Assembly (NCBI GenBank): GCA_963843575.1
Contig: CAWJKZ010000025.1
Span: 224,001-288,000, forward strand
Source of the DNA: an uncultured Acidobacteriota bacterium
Lineage (GTDB): Bacteria > Acidobacteriota > UBA6911
Reading direction: 5' to 3'
DNA length: 64,000 bases
Shown here: piece by piece, positions 1 to 10,050 of the stretch
Layout: the number at the start of each line of letters is the position of its first letter
Position numbering within the stretch: the stretch's first letter is position 1
Program-made: the position numbers and the translations under genes
Notes under the pieces: generated by a model
Database searches by the model: none
Told to the model about the DNA's origin: nothing
The model's input: only the letters and a program-made list of their open reading frames with translations

Positions 1-298
1 CCATCTCCGGACTCAGGTGGGGGAGCATCTGCCGGAAAAGTCCGCGGCAGACGTGCGAGGGCATCACGGTAAGGACGATGTCGGCCCCCGCGAGCGCCTC
101 ACCCAGGTCGGTCGTGGTCGTCACGCTCGGCGGGATGGCCATTCCGGGCATGTAGAGCTCGTTTTCCCGGCGCAGCCGCACGCTCTCCACAACCTCGCGC
201 TCGAATCCCCAGAGCCGCACCGGACGCCCCTTGCGCGCCAGCGCAATGGCCAGCGCCGTCCCCCAGTTTCCGGCGCCGATGATCGCAATCTGTTTCAT
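1..298 (-). CDS. gpsA: NAD(P)H-dependent glycerol-3-phosphate dehydrogenase, 5' part (runs off the window)
   Basis: Manual translation MKQIAIIGAGNWGTALAIALARKGRPVRLW...RENELYMPG...ADIVLTVMPSH; GAGxWGTALA Rossmann motif. Not in the ORF track because it is truncated. Confidence 0.93.
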   Translation of the reverse strand, partial: MKQIAIIGAGNWGTALAIALARKGRPVRLWGFEREVVESVRLRRENELYMPGMAIPPSVTTTTDLGEALAGADIVLTVMPSHVCRGLFRQMLPHLSPEM

Positions 299-426
299 GG
301 CGTGGTCCCGTCTGTGCGCGACGATTATAGGCGGATCGCCCGGCGCGGCGATATGGCTAACTCGCCGGTGCAATCGGACCGGCGCTCCAGTATTATGTTG
401 CCGTCTACAACCGAACCGGAGGCACT

Positions 427-1021
427 ATGGCATCGAGAGTAGAGGCAGCAGCGGCGATTTCCCTCGCAGTACTTTCCCTGGCGCTCGTGGCCGGATCCAA
501 CTCCGCGGCCCGGGCACAGAGCCAATCCCACCGTCGTCATAGAAACGAATCGCGGAAACATCACCGTCGAACTGTTTCAGGACAAGGCCCCCAAGTCGGT
601 CGAGAATTTCCTCGCCTACGCCAAGATGGGGTTTTACAAGGGGACCATCTTTCACCGCGTGATCAAGGGCTTCATGATCCAGGGGGGCGGCTTCGCCGAA
701 GACATGAAGAGAAAACCTACCCTGCCCCCGATCGCCAACGAGGCGGGCAACGGCCTGAAGAACAAACGCGGCACCCTGGCGATGGCACGCACGGGTGAAG
801 TCAACAGCGCGACCGCGCAGTTCTTCATCAATACCGTAGACAACGGCCCGCTCGACCACCGCGGCGCCGCACCTGCCGAATTCGGCTACGCCGTCTTCGG
901 CAAGGTGACCGCAGGAATGGACGTGGTCGAGCAGATCGAGGGCGTCCCGACGGGATCCAAGGGCTCCTACAACAACGTCCCGCTGCAGCCGATCATCATC
1001 AAGGACGTCAAAATAAAGTAG
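427..1021 (+). CDS. ppiA: Cyclophilin-type peptidyl-prolyl cis-trans isomerase with signal peptide; apparent frameshift near 520
   Basis: Signal peptide in the 427 frame; the 626 frame extends upstream as ANPTVVIETNRGNITVELFQDKAPKSVENFLAY and continues FYKGTIFHRVIKGFMIQGGG...SATAQFFIN. Confidence 0.88.
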
Positions 1022-1089
1022 CCGGGAGCCGGGAGCGGTTTCAGGGTTGGGAGGATAGGATGGCTCGCGTGTAGGCGTTCAGTTTCCGG

Positions 1090-1175
1090 CTTAGCACTGA
1101 TGTTCACAAGTACGCTAAAGTATTTTTCAGGAATCTGCGTTCTGTTTTGGCTTTTGTTTTTCATCGCCCGTGTTG
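1090..1175. repeat. Internally deleted copy of the dispersed TACGCTAACGTATTTTTCAGGA repeat family
   Basis: ctgatgttcacaagtacgctaaagtatttttcagga matches the reverse complement of 50480-50518; aatctgcgttctgttttggcttttgt.tttcatcgcccgtgttg matches 45740-45783. Confidence 0.8.
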
Positions 1176-1186
1176 GGACCGTATTT

Positions 1187-1306
1187 GAGATCCTGAGAAG
1201 GATAAGATAGTAGCGGCACTCTTCAAGAGAGCTCTCGGCCATGTTCATGAAGCGGGCCTTGTCGGGCTTGCCGCGGCGCGCGAACCCCTCCGCTATGTTG
1301 GCAGGC
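1187..1306 (-). pseudogene. Fragment of a four-helix-bundle (23S rRNA IVS-type) protein
   Basis: PANIAEGFARRGKPDKARFMNMAESSLEECRYYLIL matches the family NIAEG...A.GSL.E..Y.L.L pattern; the N-terminus is missing. Confidence 0.75.
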
Positions 1307-1374
1307 TTATTTCGTATGGCTTCTTATTTCCCGCGAAGGTATAACGCGTCCATCCGCTTCTTGGGGATGGGATC

Positions 1375-2013
1375 TTGCTGCAATTAATCGAACGAGTCGG
1401 CCAGTACCTGATCTACCTGGGCGTCCCCGGGGTGTTTCTCATCGCACTGCTGGACTCCGCCGCTGTTCCCATGGTGGGCGGCCCGGACGCGGTGGTGTTG
1501 CTGCTGTCCTGGCGCAATCCCTCGCAGGTGCCGCTCATCGTGCTGGCAGCCGCCCTGGGGTCGACGGTCGGCTGCATCATCCTCTACCGTGTCGGAATGG
1601 CGGGAGGGAAAGCGGCGCTGGCGCGCTTTTCACCCGGGCGACGCGAGCGCATCGAGCGCCTGATCGAGAGGAACGCCGCCTGGGCGGTCTTCACGGCGGT
1701 CGCGATGCCTCCTCCGTTCCCGACCAAGGCGGTGATCCTGGCCGCCGGCGCGTTCCGCACCCCGATGGCGACGTACGCGTCGGCCGTCGCCCTGGCGCGC
1801 CTCTTGCGCTACGGCCTCATCGCCTGGCTCGGCGCCCGCTTCGGCGACGAGGCTGCCGGCATGATCAGGGAACACTATCTCCTGATCGTCGGGGTCCTGC
1901 TGGCGCTGGCCGCCATCTTCATCCTGGCCCGGCAGTGGCGCACGCGCGGCGCCCGGCGGGCGGCAAAAGCGCGCGCCGAGGAAACGACGCCCCCCACTCA
2001 ACCCCTCGGCTGA
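1375..2013 (+). CDS. VTT/DedA (YqaA-like) membrane protein
   Basis: Hydrophobic helices, ALLDSAAVPMVGGPD, GSTVGCIILY..G, PPPFPTK motifs. Confidence 0.8.
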   Translation: MLQLIERVGQYLIYLGVPGVFLIALLDSAAVPMVGGPDAVVLLLSWRNPSQVPLIVLAAALGSTVGCIILYRVGMAGGKAALARFSPGRRERIERLIERNAAWAVFTAVAMPPPFPTKAVILAAGAFRTPMATYASAVALARLLRYGLIAWLGARFGDEAAGMIREHYLLIVGVLLALAAIFILARQWRTRGARRAAKARAEETTPPTQPLG

Positions 2014-2591
2014 CCCTCCTTGAACAGGCGGCTCATCTCCCTGAACCGGGGGTGGTCTTTGTGGCGCGCCCATTCGAACCCGGTCGACTCGTGGTTCGTC
2101 AGAACCGCCCCCGCCTGCATCATCCGTTCCAGGGCGTGACGCCGGTACTCGGCGCCGCGCCCGCTCACGCAGTCCCAGCACACATAGACCCGGTTGCGGC
2201 GCCTCAGTAGTTCAACGACGGTCTGCAGGACGCAGACGTGCGCCTCGATCCCCGCGACCACGACCTGGCGCCGCTCCGGTTCGAGCCCCGGGCGCAGGTC
2301 CGCGAGTGCCCCGTCGAACTGGGGAACACCGCAACAGCCGAAGGCCGTCTTGTCCACGTACCTTCGGGGCGTGGTGAGTGCCTCGAATGCAGCCCGGATC
2401 TCCGGGTGTGTGGGGCCGAGGCCCGTAGGGTATTGTTCGGTCAGGACGACCGGTACCTCGAACAGGCCCGCCAGCCTGATAAGGCGAACGGTGGCCTCGA
2501 CCACGAGAGCGGGGCGCTCGATCATCTCCATCAGCTTGCCCTGAAGATCGATCACCGCCACGATGCTCCGATCCGCTTCCAGGAGTTCCAT
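1998..2591 (-). CDS. Isochorismatase-family hydrolase
   Basis: VIDLQGKL, TEQYPTGLGPT, KTAFGC, AGIEAHVCVLQT motifs; start placed at MELLEAD behind a GGAG. Confidence 0.9.
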   Translation of the reverse strand: MELLEADRSIVAVIDLQGKLMEMIERPALVVEATVRLIRLAGLFEVPVVLTEQYPTGLGPTHPEIRAAFEALTTPRRYVDKTAFGCCGVPQFDGALADLRPGLEPERRQVVVAGIEAHVCVLQTVVELLRRRNRVYVCWDCVSGRGAEYRRHALERMMQAGAVLTNHESTGFEWARHKDHPRFREMSRLFKEGQPRG

Positions 2592-2755
2592 CGCGTCTCC
2601 TTCGGCGTGCAACGATGTTGACGACGCCGCGTTGTCGACCGAATATATACGAGATTGTCGAGACAGGCTCGGGCATTTCCCGTTGGCGGGCAGCGCCGGC
2701 CCCTGAGGATCCGGGGCGGGGTCGGGCCGCCCCCGCCCACTCGAGAGGAGGGCGT

Positions 2756-3709
2756 ATGGGTGTGGGTCGGTTTACGCGCAGGCAGTTTGCCGGGCTCTCA
2801 GCCGCGGGGGTGGCCGGCCTGTGCTTTGCGCGCGGCGCAGCCGCAGACCTCAACCCAGCGGCGCGGCGCTTCAAGCTGGGGGTCACCACCGACGAGATCG
2901 CCGCCGACCTCGAAACCGCGCTGCGCTTCCTGGGGGAGTTCGGCCTGGAGTGGGCGGAGATCCGCAACCTCTGGGGCACGTATGTGACGGACCTGCCGCC
3001 GGCCGACGTCCGGAAAGCGCGCAGGCTGCTGGACGGGGCGAAGATCCGGTTGTCGGTGCTCGACACGGCCCTTTACAAGTGTGCGCTCCCCGGCCTGAAG
3101 CTTGCGGGCAGCATGCGCGACGACTACCCGTACGAACAGCAGGATGCGCTGCTCGGGCGCGCACTCGAACGGGCCGAGATCCTCGGGACGCGCTTGATCC
3201 GTATCTTCGCGTTCTGGCGCGCGGAGGACGGGGAAGCCGCCTGGCCCCGCGCGGTCGAGCACCTCGGCCGCGCCGCCGATCGCGCTCGTGCCGCCGGTTG
3301 CGTTCTGCTGGTGGAGAACGTCAACGGCGGGCTGGTGGAGACCTCGGCGGAGTGCGCCCGGCTGCTCGCAGCCGTGCCGTCGCCGGCACTTGGTCTCGCC
3401 TGGGATCCCAACAACGCCTACTGCGCCCCCGAGGTGCCCTTCCCCGACGGCTACGCTTTGCTGGACAGGAAAAGGGTGCACCACATCCACCTCCGCGACG
3501 CGCGGCGCAACACGACGACGGGAAGGTGCGAGTGGGTCCCGACGGGAAAAGGGGAAATCGACAATACAGGGCTGCTGAGGACCCTCGTCAGGGAACGATA
3601 CCAGGGCACCCTGACACTCGAAACGCACTACCAGAGACCCGACCGCAACAAGGAACTCGCGACCCGCGAATCCCTGCAAGGCCTGCTGGAGATCATCGCG
3701 CGCGTGTAA
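2756..3709 (+). CDS. Sugar phosphate isomerase/epimerase (xylose isomerase-like TIM barrel) with Tat signal
   Basis: TRRQFAG Tat motif; VEN, WDPNN, HIHLRD and TLETH metal-binding motifs. Confidence 0.85.
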   Translation: MGVGRFTRRQFAGLSAAGVAGLCFARGAAADLNPAARRFKLGVTTDEIAADLETALRFLGEFGLEWAEIRNLWGTYVTDLPPADVRKARRLLDGAKIRLSVLDTALYKCALPGLKLAGSMRDDYPYEQQDALLGRALERAEILGTRLIRIFAFWRAEDGEAAWPRAVEHLGRAADRARAAGCVLLVENVNGGLVETSAECARLLAAVPSPALGLAWDPNNAYCAPEVPFPDGYALLDRKRVHHIHLRDARRNTTTGRCEWVPTGKGEIDNTGLLRTLVRERYQGTLTLETHYQRPDRNKELATRESLQGLLEIIARV

Positions 3710-3713
3710 GGTC

Positions 3714-3800
3714 AAGTGGGCAAGTGGGCCGCGGCGGCGCAGTGGGCTGCGGCGGCTCGACGCGGCCCTGCGGGGCGGGGTCGGGCCTTCCCCGCCCACC
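3714..3800. repeat. Cluster of GTGGG-headed REP-like GC hairpins between convergent genes
   Basis: gtgggccgcggcgg.., gtgggctgcggcggctcgacgcggccc, ggggcggggtcgggccttccccgcccacc; related units at about 2713, 8860, 9945, 10014, 11260, 17458, 21622, 21727, 23860, 28467, 49063 and 59300. Confidence 0.75.
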
Positions 3801-3805
3801 TGGCT

Positions 3806-5185
3806 TCACTCCACCGTGATGGCCCCCAAGTCGTACCAGCCGTCGGGCTGGCGGCCTTCCATGGCGAGCCGGATGGCTGGCCGCCCGGTTCTCGGGTCCA
3901 CCAGGGCGACGGCAATCCTGTGCTGCCCCGGCGGGAGGGACCCGTCCACGTAGAGTGTCCCTTCGTACACCGCATCGCCCGGCAGCCACTTGCGCACGTC
4001 CACGGGCACCTGCACAGCGGCGTCCCCGATCCTCATCATCAGACGGTGCTCGCGGTATACCGGCGCCACCCCGGCGTTGAACCACCACATTTTGACGGGC
4101 AGCATGCGGTTCGCCTTCACCTTTGCAGGGTATTCGAAGCGGCGCAGCATGTACCGATAGCCGATCTGCTTCTGAAACTGTTCGAAATCCTTCTTCCACT
4201 CGTCCGGGATCTTCGTAGATTTCAGATTGATCGTCGACGCGTGCCAGCGCAGTGCCTGATCCAGGATCGGTTTCAGCTCGTAGTTCATCTGTTTCCATGA
4301 ACCCGGCGTGCCGCACACCTCCAGGGACACGGGCCAACGCCGCCAGATATCCTCGAGCCCGCCGCGCGCGATCTGCTGCGGGTACATGTCGAGCATGTGG
4401 GCGAAATTCCGGCCGGGGCGTCCCATGTCGCCCCAGCAGTCCAGGCGCCAGCCGGCGCCCCGCTCGCAGCCGTAGACCAGGGCAGTCGGCTCGTCGAAAT
4501 TCGTCAGCAGCGGTGTCCGGGTGAAGGCCTTGAAGTACAGGTCGAGCAGTTCCTTCTGCACCGGCCAGGCCGGCAGGTAGGGTCCCCAGCCTTCGCCCCA
4601 GTAGCCGACGGTCGAAATGTCCACGGTGTCCAGATACGGATGCCCGTCGTAGCGGCTGCCCGCTTCCAGGATGAGGGCGCTCCAGTATTTCACATATGCG
4701 GGATCGTCCGCGTCGGGGGACCAGACCTTGCCATCCTGGTCTTCGGGCTTGTTGGCCCGGCGCGCGCCCGAATTGCGGTACCACTCGGGCATCGGGTTCC
4801 CCTGGTCGTAGGGCATGAGCCTGATGTTCAGGGCTTGACCGTGTTTGCGCGCCTCGTCGAGGGCGGAGTCCAGGATGTCCCAGCGGTATTTGCCGCGCTC
4901 CGGTTCAAGCTGCCACCAGAACCAGCGCAGGTAGGCAACCGAGGAGCCGGGAAAGTCCACCGGGCCTGCTGCGTCAGCGACGGGGCCCTCCGGCCCGACC
5001 TCGGACCAGCGCAGGCCGGGATAAATCGCCTGCCCGTTGAAGCGCTGAAACGTCTGGATACCCATGCCCGGGTTGACGAGCACATCGTTGATTTCTTTGG
5101 GCCGCACGATGACGTTGGGCCCTTGCTGCTGCCCAAACACCACCACCGCCATCCCCCACAGCACCAGGAACCGCGCGTGTTTCAT
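3806..5185 (-). CDS. Secreted DUF4832-type glycoside hydrolase-like (beta-galactosidase-like) protein
   Basis: Signal peptide; NPGMG, YLRWFWWQLEPERGKYRW, VGYWGEG, IGYRY and C-terminal NAGVAPVY motifs. Confidence 0.7.
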   Translation of the reverse strand: MKHARFLVLWGMAVVVFGQQQGPNVIVRPKEINDVLVNPGMGIQTFQRFNGQAIYPGLRWSEVGPEGPVADAAGPVDFPGSSVAYLRWFWWQLEPERGKYRWDILDSALDEARKHGQALNIRLMPYDQGNPMPEWYRNSGARRANKPEDQDGKVWSPDADDPAYVKYWSALILEAGSRYDGHPYLDTVDISTVGYWGEGWGPYLPAWPVQKELLDLYFKAFTRTPLLTNFDEPTALVYGCERGAGWRLDCWGDMGRPGRNFAHMLDMYPQQIARGGLEDIWRRWPVSLEVCGTPGSWKQMNYELKPILDQALRWHASTINLKSTKIPDEWKKDFEQFQKQIGYRYMLRRFEYPAKVKANRMLPVKMWWFNAGVAPVYREHRLMMRIGDAAVQVPVDVRKWLPGDAVYEGTLYVDGSLPPGQHRIAVALVDPRTGRPAIRLAMEGRQPDGWYDLGAITVE

Positions 5186-5224
5186 TTGTGCCCCTCGAGG
5201 TTCGAGTCTTCGAGTCGAAAACGA

Positions 5225-7327
5225 TCAGGGAAGCGCGAAAGCGACATAGGAGCCGCCCGAAGGCGCACCGGACTTGCCGCCCCCCGCCGCGATCACCACG
5301 TACTGCCGCCCGCCGACCTCGTAGGTCGCCGGCGTTGCGTTGCCGGCCGCGGGCAGGGTTGTTTCCCAGAGCAGCTGGCCTGTGGACTTGTCGAACGCGT
5401 GGAACTTTCTGTCGTGGTTCGTGGCCCCGATAAAAAGGAGCCCGCCGGCGGTGACGACGGCGCCGCCGTAGTTTTCCGTCCCGGTGTTGCGCAGTCCCCT
5501 GGCCGCCAGCTCGGGAAACTCGCCGAACGGGATCTTCCACGCGAACACGCCGGTGTCGAGGTTGATGGCGTTGAGGGTGCCCCAGGGCGGCTCGATCGCG
5601 GGATAGCCTTCGGGATCGAGGAACTTGTTGTACCCGTCGGTCGTGTACTTCAGGTCGAGGGGCGACGGTGCATTCGACGCAACCGCCGACACCTGGTCGC
5701 CGCGGGCAAGATACCGTGTGATGGCGCCGGCGGCCGATGGCTGCAGGTTGTCGAAACCCGGCATGCGGCCGCTCCCGTCGCGGATGATCTCCGTGATGCG
5801 GGCCTCCGGGTATTTGGCTCCGATCCCCGTCAAGGCGGGGAACTCGGGCGGGGTGCCCCGCAGGTCCTCCCGGTGGCAGCTGGCGCAGTGCCTGGCGTAC
5901 AGTTCTCTGCCGGTGGCGAGCGGCTTCGCCGCCGGCACCGGCACGAGCCGGAGCACCCACGCCATTTCGTTCGAGTTCACATAGAGCAGGTGGGTCTCGG
6001 GGTCGAAGGCATTTCCGCCCCACTCTCCCCCGCCGTCGAATCCCGGGAAGATGATGGTCCCTTCCCGGCTCGGCGGCGTGAACTGGCCACCGCTGCGCAG
6101 CGAGCGGAAGCGCTCGATTGCGGTTCGGTGCGCCTCGGGGGTGCGGCGTGTCAGCATCTCCTCGGTCAGCTGCTGACGCGCGAACGGCGGGGGCGACCCG
6201 GGGATCGGCTGGTGGGTGGCCAGCAACTCGCCGTCGACGTCCGAGGGCGGCACCTCGCGGTTTTCGACCGGGAAGAGCGGCCTGCCGGTTTCGCGGTCGA
6301 GGACATACACGTGCCCCGACTTGGTGACCTGCGCGACCGCATCGATGGTGCGACCGTCCCGGCGCACCTGAACGAGGCTGGGGGGCGACGGAAAGTCGCG
6401 ATCCCACACGTCGTGTCTCACGGCCTGAAAGTGCCAGACGCGCTCCCCGGTTTCGGCCTTCAGGGTGAGGAGGCAGTTCGCGAAGAGGTCGTCACCGTGG
6501 CGGTTGGCGCCGTAAAAGTCGAAAGCCGCCGACCCGGTCGGAACGAACACGAGGCCCCGTCGCTCGTCGAGCGCCATGCCGCACCAGTTGTTGGCCCCTC
6601 CCGCGTACTGCCAGGCGTCCGCGGGCCAGGTCTCGTACCCGAACTCGCCGGGGTGCGGGATCGTGTGAAAGCTCCACCGCAACCTGCCCGTGCGCAGTTC
6701 GTAGGCGCGGATATCGCCGGGAGCGGAGGGGAGCCCTTCGCTCACCAGGCTGCCAACGATAAGGAGATCGCGAAAAACCACCCCGGGAGTCGTCAGGGTG
6801 ACGCTGAGCGAAGCCGGATCGCGCCCAAGGCCTTCCCGAAGGTCGATCTTGCCGGCCGTGCCGAACCCTGCCACCGGCCGGCCGGTCCCGGCATCGAGCG
6901 CCCAGAGATCGTGGCCGGCGCCGAAATAGATGCGCCGCTCCGTGCCGTCGCTCCAGTGGACGAGCCCCCGCCCCCGTTGCCGGTTCCTGACCTCGCGCCC
7001 TTGGAAGGGATCGAAGCTCCAGCGCAGGGTTCCCCGCGCGGCGTCCAGCGCGATCACCCGCAGCTTGGGAGTGGTAGCGTACAGCGTGCCGTCCACCACG
7101 ATGGGGTTGCACTGCATCTCGGATCCCTGAAAGGCGTCGCCCGTATCGAAGGCCCACGCCTGCCGCAGGCCGGACACGTTGCCGCGATCGATCCGGTCGA
7201 GCCGCGAGTAGCGGATCTGATCCGAACCCCCGCCGTAGACCGACCAGCCGCGGTAGGCCGCACCGCGCTGCATGCAGGCGCACGCCAGAACCGTACCGAG
7301 CAGACAGAGGCCCTTCGCCAGTCTCAT
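5225..7327 (-). CDS. PQQ-dependent (glucose/quinate-type) dehydrogenase with inserted c-type cytochrome domain
   Basis: PQQ beta-propeller motifs ([42 protein letters not shown]) and a CASCH haem motif. Confidence 0.9.
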   Translation of the reverse strand: MRLAKGLCLLGTVLACACMQRGAAYRGWSVYGGGSDQIRYSRLDRIDRGNVSGLRQAWAFDTGDAFQGSEMQCNPIVVDGTLYATTPKLRVIALDAARGTLRWSFDPFQGREVRNRQRGRGLVHWSDGTERRIYFGAGHDLWALDAGTGRPVAGFGTAGKIDLREGLGRDPASLSVTLTTPGVVFRDLLIVGSLVSEGLPSAPGDIRAYELRTGRLRWSFHTIPHPGEFGYETWPADAWQYAGGANNWCGMALDERRGLVFVPTGSAAFDFYGANRHGDDLFANCLLTLKAETGERVWHFQAVRHDVWDRDFPSPPSLVQVRRDGRTIDAVAQVTKSGHVYVLDRETGRPLFPVENREVPPSDVDGELLATHQPIPGSPPPFARQQLTEEMLTRRTPEAHRTAIERFRSLRSGGQFTPPSREGTIIFPGFDGGGEWGGNAFDPETHLLYVNSNEMAWVLRLVPVPAAKPLATGRELYARHCASCHREDLRGTPPEFPALTGIGAKYPEARITEIIRDGSGRMPGFDNLQPSAAGAITRYLARGDQVSAVASNAPSPLDLKYTTDGYNKFLDPEGYPAIEPPWGTLNAINLDTGVFAWKIPFGEFPELAARGLRNTGTENYGGAVVTAGGLLFIGATNHDRKFHAFDKSTGQLLWETTLPAAGNATPATYEVGGRQYVVIAAGGGKSGAPSGGSYVAFALP

Positions 7328-7442
7328 CGCAGCCCCACTGTATCACGCATTCAAAATAATGATGCGCTGGAGCAGCGTGTTTCGGGAATAATTACTCCGA
7401 GGCTCGCGTCCTGCGTGGCGAGTTCCCAGCGGTTAACCGGAG

Positions 7443-8716
7443 ATGTCGATGATGGGAAGCATCATGGCTGCATTGCTGCTTTTCGCTGCGCCTGCAGCGC
7501 AGTACGACCTGCTGATCCGCGGCGGCCACCTGGTCGACCCGAAAAACAAGATCGATGCGGTCATGGACGTCGCGATTGCCGACGGAAAGATCGCCGCCGT
7601 AGCTCCCGGGATCGACCCGGGCCGGGCCCGCAAGTCGGTAGACGCCCGCGGGCTCTACGTCACTCCCGGGATCGTCGACATCCACACGCACCTCTTTGCC
7701 ACGACGGGGATACCCAATGCCTGGGCGGGGGACAACAGCGTCCTGCCCGACGGCTTCAGCTTCCGCTCCGGGACCACTACGATGGTCGACGCCGGCTCGG
7801 CCGGCTGGCGCAATTTCGAGGCGTTCCGTCAGACCGTCATCGATCGCGCGCGCACCCGCGTCCTCGCCTTCGTCAACATCGTCGGGCTCGGGATGGTCAG
7901 CAATTTCGTCGAGCAGGACGTGAAGGAAATGAACCCGGCCGAGGTTGCCCGGATCGCGGCCAAGCACCGCGACGTCGTGGTCGGGGTGAAGACGGCGCAC
8001 TACGAGGGGCGCGACTGGACCGCCGTGGACCGGGCCGTCGAAGGCGGCAGGATGGCAGGGCTGCCGGTCATGGTCGACTTCGGCTTCTTCCCCGCCGAAC
8101 GGCCCTATTGGCGCCTGGTCGCCGAGCGGCTGCGGCCGGGAGACATCAGCACCCACATGTACCGCAGCGGCGTCCCCTACCTCGACAAGGACGGGAAGCT
8201 GCTCGACTACCTCAGGCAGGCCCGGGCGCGCGGGGTGAAGTTCGACCTGGGGCACGGAGGGGGAGCTTCGTCTTCCGGAATGCCGTTCCGGCCGTGCAGC
8301 AGGGATTCTACCCCGACTCCATATCGACCGACCTCCACACCGGCAGCATGAACGGCGCCCTGATGGACTTCCCGAACCTGATGTCGAAGATGCTGGTGAT
8401 GGGGATGCCGTTCGCCGAGATCATCCTGCGTTCGACCTGGATGCCGGCGTCCGAGGTGATCCATCGGCCGGAACTGGGCCACTTGACCGTCGGCTCGCCC
8501 GCCGACATGGCGGTGTGGCGGATCGCGGACGGCGCTTACGCCTATGCGGACACGAGCGGCGGCCGGTTGCCCGGGAAGCAGCGCATCTATTGTGAGATGA
8601 CCCTGAAGGACGGCGCCGTTGTCTGGGACCTGAACGCCCGCGGCGCGGTCGACTACAAGCAACTGGGTCCGGACTACGGCTTGCGCGAAGGCGCCGACGT
8701 CGTGGTCGTCCCCTGA
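7443..8716 (+). CDS. Amidohydrolase/deacetylase (dihydroorotase-like) metallohydrolase; apparent frameshift in a G run near 8260
   Basis: PGIVDIHTH, GVKTAH, FDLGHGGG, then continuation SFVFRNAVPA...PDSISTDLH...GHLTVGSPAD in another frame ending at 8716. Confidence 0.85.
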
Positions 8717-8904
8717 CGGGGGGGGGCCGCGGCGGCCCGCCGCGGCCCTGGATCTGCCCCATTCGGTGTATTCGGCTCCGCACCGGATGTCACGGGGAAA
8801 CACCGGGTGCAGAGCCAACCCCGCCCACGTGCCTAATCCTGACAACCAGGACCCCGGGAGCCGCGGCGAGCCGCCGCGGCCCACTTCGCCTCCTGGTGGC
8901 ACCT

Positions 8905-9858
8905 TCACCCCACCCGCTGGAACTCCTCGATCTCCCGCAGTTCCTCCGGGCTCAAGCGGAACTCCGCCGCCCCTATGACACCCTCGAGCTGCTGCGGCGA
9001 CCTCAGCCCCACGATCGCCGCGGTGACCTCCGGACGGCGCAAAGTCCACGCAATGGCCACCTCCCCAGGGGTGCGCCCGTGGCGCCTGCCGATTTCGCGC
9101 AGCAGCTCGGCGAGCGCGAGGTTGTGGGTGAGCTTCGGTTCCCGAAAATTCGGGGTGCGCGGGCGAAAATCGTCGGGGGGCATGGCCGCAATGCGTTCCC
9201 GCGTCATGGCCCCGCTGAGCAGGCCGGATTTCATTGGAGAGTACACGATGACGCCTATGTTGTTCTCTGCGACAAACGGCAGCGTCTCCTGCTCGATCTC
9301 GGGCGAGACGATGGAGTAAGGGGGCTGCAGCGAGGTAATCGGGGCGATCTTGGCCACGCGCCTCATCTGGCCGACCGAAAAGTTCGACACGCCGATCCAG
9401 CGGACCTTCCCCTCCTCCTTGAGCCGCGTCAGTGTCTCCCAGCCTTCCTCGAGATCGGCCTCCGGATCCGGCCAGTGGATCTGATAGAGATCGATGGCCT
9501 CCACCTGAAGACGCCTGAGCGACGCCTCGCACTCTTTGCGCAGTTCGTCGCGTTTGAGCGAGCCGAAGATCTCGCCGTCCGCATTCCAGTTGCGTTCGCA
9601 CTTGGTGAAGATGTACGGGTGCGGCGTTACACCCTTGACGGCCCGGGCGACGATCTCCTCCGAGTGCCCGAGCCCGTACACCGCCGCTGTGTCTATCCAG
9701 TTTATCCCCGCGCGCAGCGCGGCGCGCACCGCGCCGATCGAGAGTTCGTCGTCCTGGGGCCCCCAGGCGAACTGCCAACCGCCGCCCCCCATGGCCCAGG
9801 CACCCACGCCGAGCGGGGTTATGAACATGTCGCTGTTGCCAAGCCGTCTGGTGTCCAA
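8905..9858 (-). CDS. Aldo/keto reductase
   Basis: GINWIDTAAVYG, IDLYQIHWP, IGVSNFS, YSPMKSGLL motifs. Confidence 0.93.
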   Translation of the reverse strand: MDTRRLGNSDMFITPLGVGAWAMGGGGWQFAWGPQDDELSIGAVRAALRAGINWIDTAAVYGLGHSEEIVARAVKGVTPHPYIFTKCERNWNADGEIFGSLKRDELRKECEASLRRLQVEAIDLYQIHWPDPEADLEEGWETLTRLKEEGKVRWIGVSNFSVGQMRRVAKIAPITSLQPPYSIVSPEIEQETLPFVAENNIGVIVYSPMKSGLLSGAMTRERIAAMPPDDFRPRTPNFREPKLTHNLALAELLREIGRRHGRTPGEVAIAWTLRRPEVTAAIVGLRSPQQLEGVIGAAEFRLSPEELREIEEFQRVG

Positions 9859-10050
9859 TGTCCCTCCTCCGTCATATTGTAGAACTGTACATATCTCCCC
9901 TCCCGCTCCGCAAACACAGAATTCTAGTGGGCGGCGGCTGCTGTGGTGGGCCGCGGCGGCCCTCTCACTTTTCCTGTGGCTTGCGCCTTCATCCGCAGCT
10001 GCACCTCACTCACCGGGCGGGGACGAGCCGTCCCCGCCCACCGGGGAGGC

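Noticed and set aside
1187-1306. Four-helix-bundle fragment as a DGR accessory (Avd) gene
   Set aside because: Only a fragment, with IVS-type motifs and no RT or TR/VR pair nearby.
8250-8270. Frameshifts in the cyclophilin, amidohydrolase, PatB, GH36, GH42 and 2Fe-2S genes as programmed recoding or phase variation
   Set aside because: Scattered single-base indels, at least one in a homopolymer, in otherwise intact unrelated genes point to sequencing error; reads are needed to confirm.
4397-8716. 1439-aa ORF on the + strand
   Set aside because: Mostly the antisense shadow of two real minus-strand genes; only its last roughly 150 codons are real, as the frameshifted amidohydrolase C-terminus.
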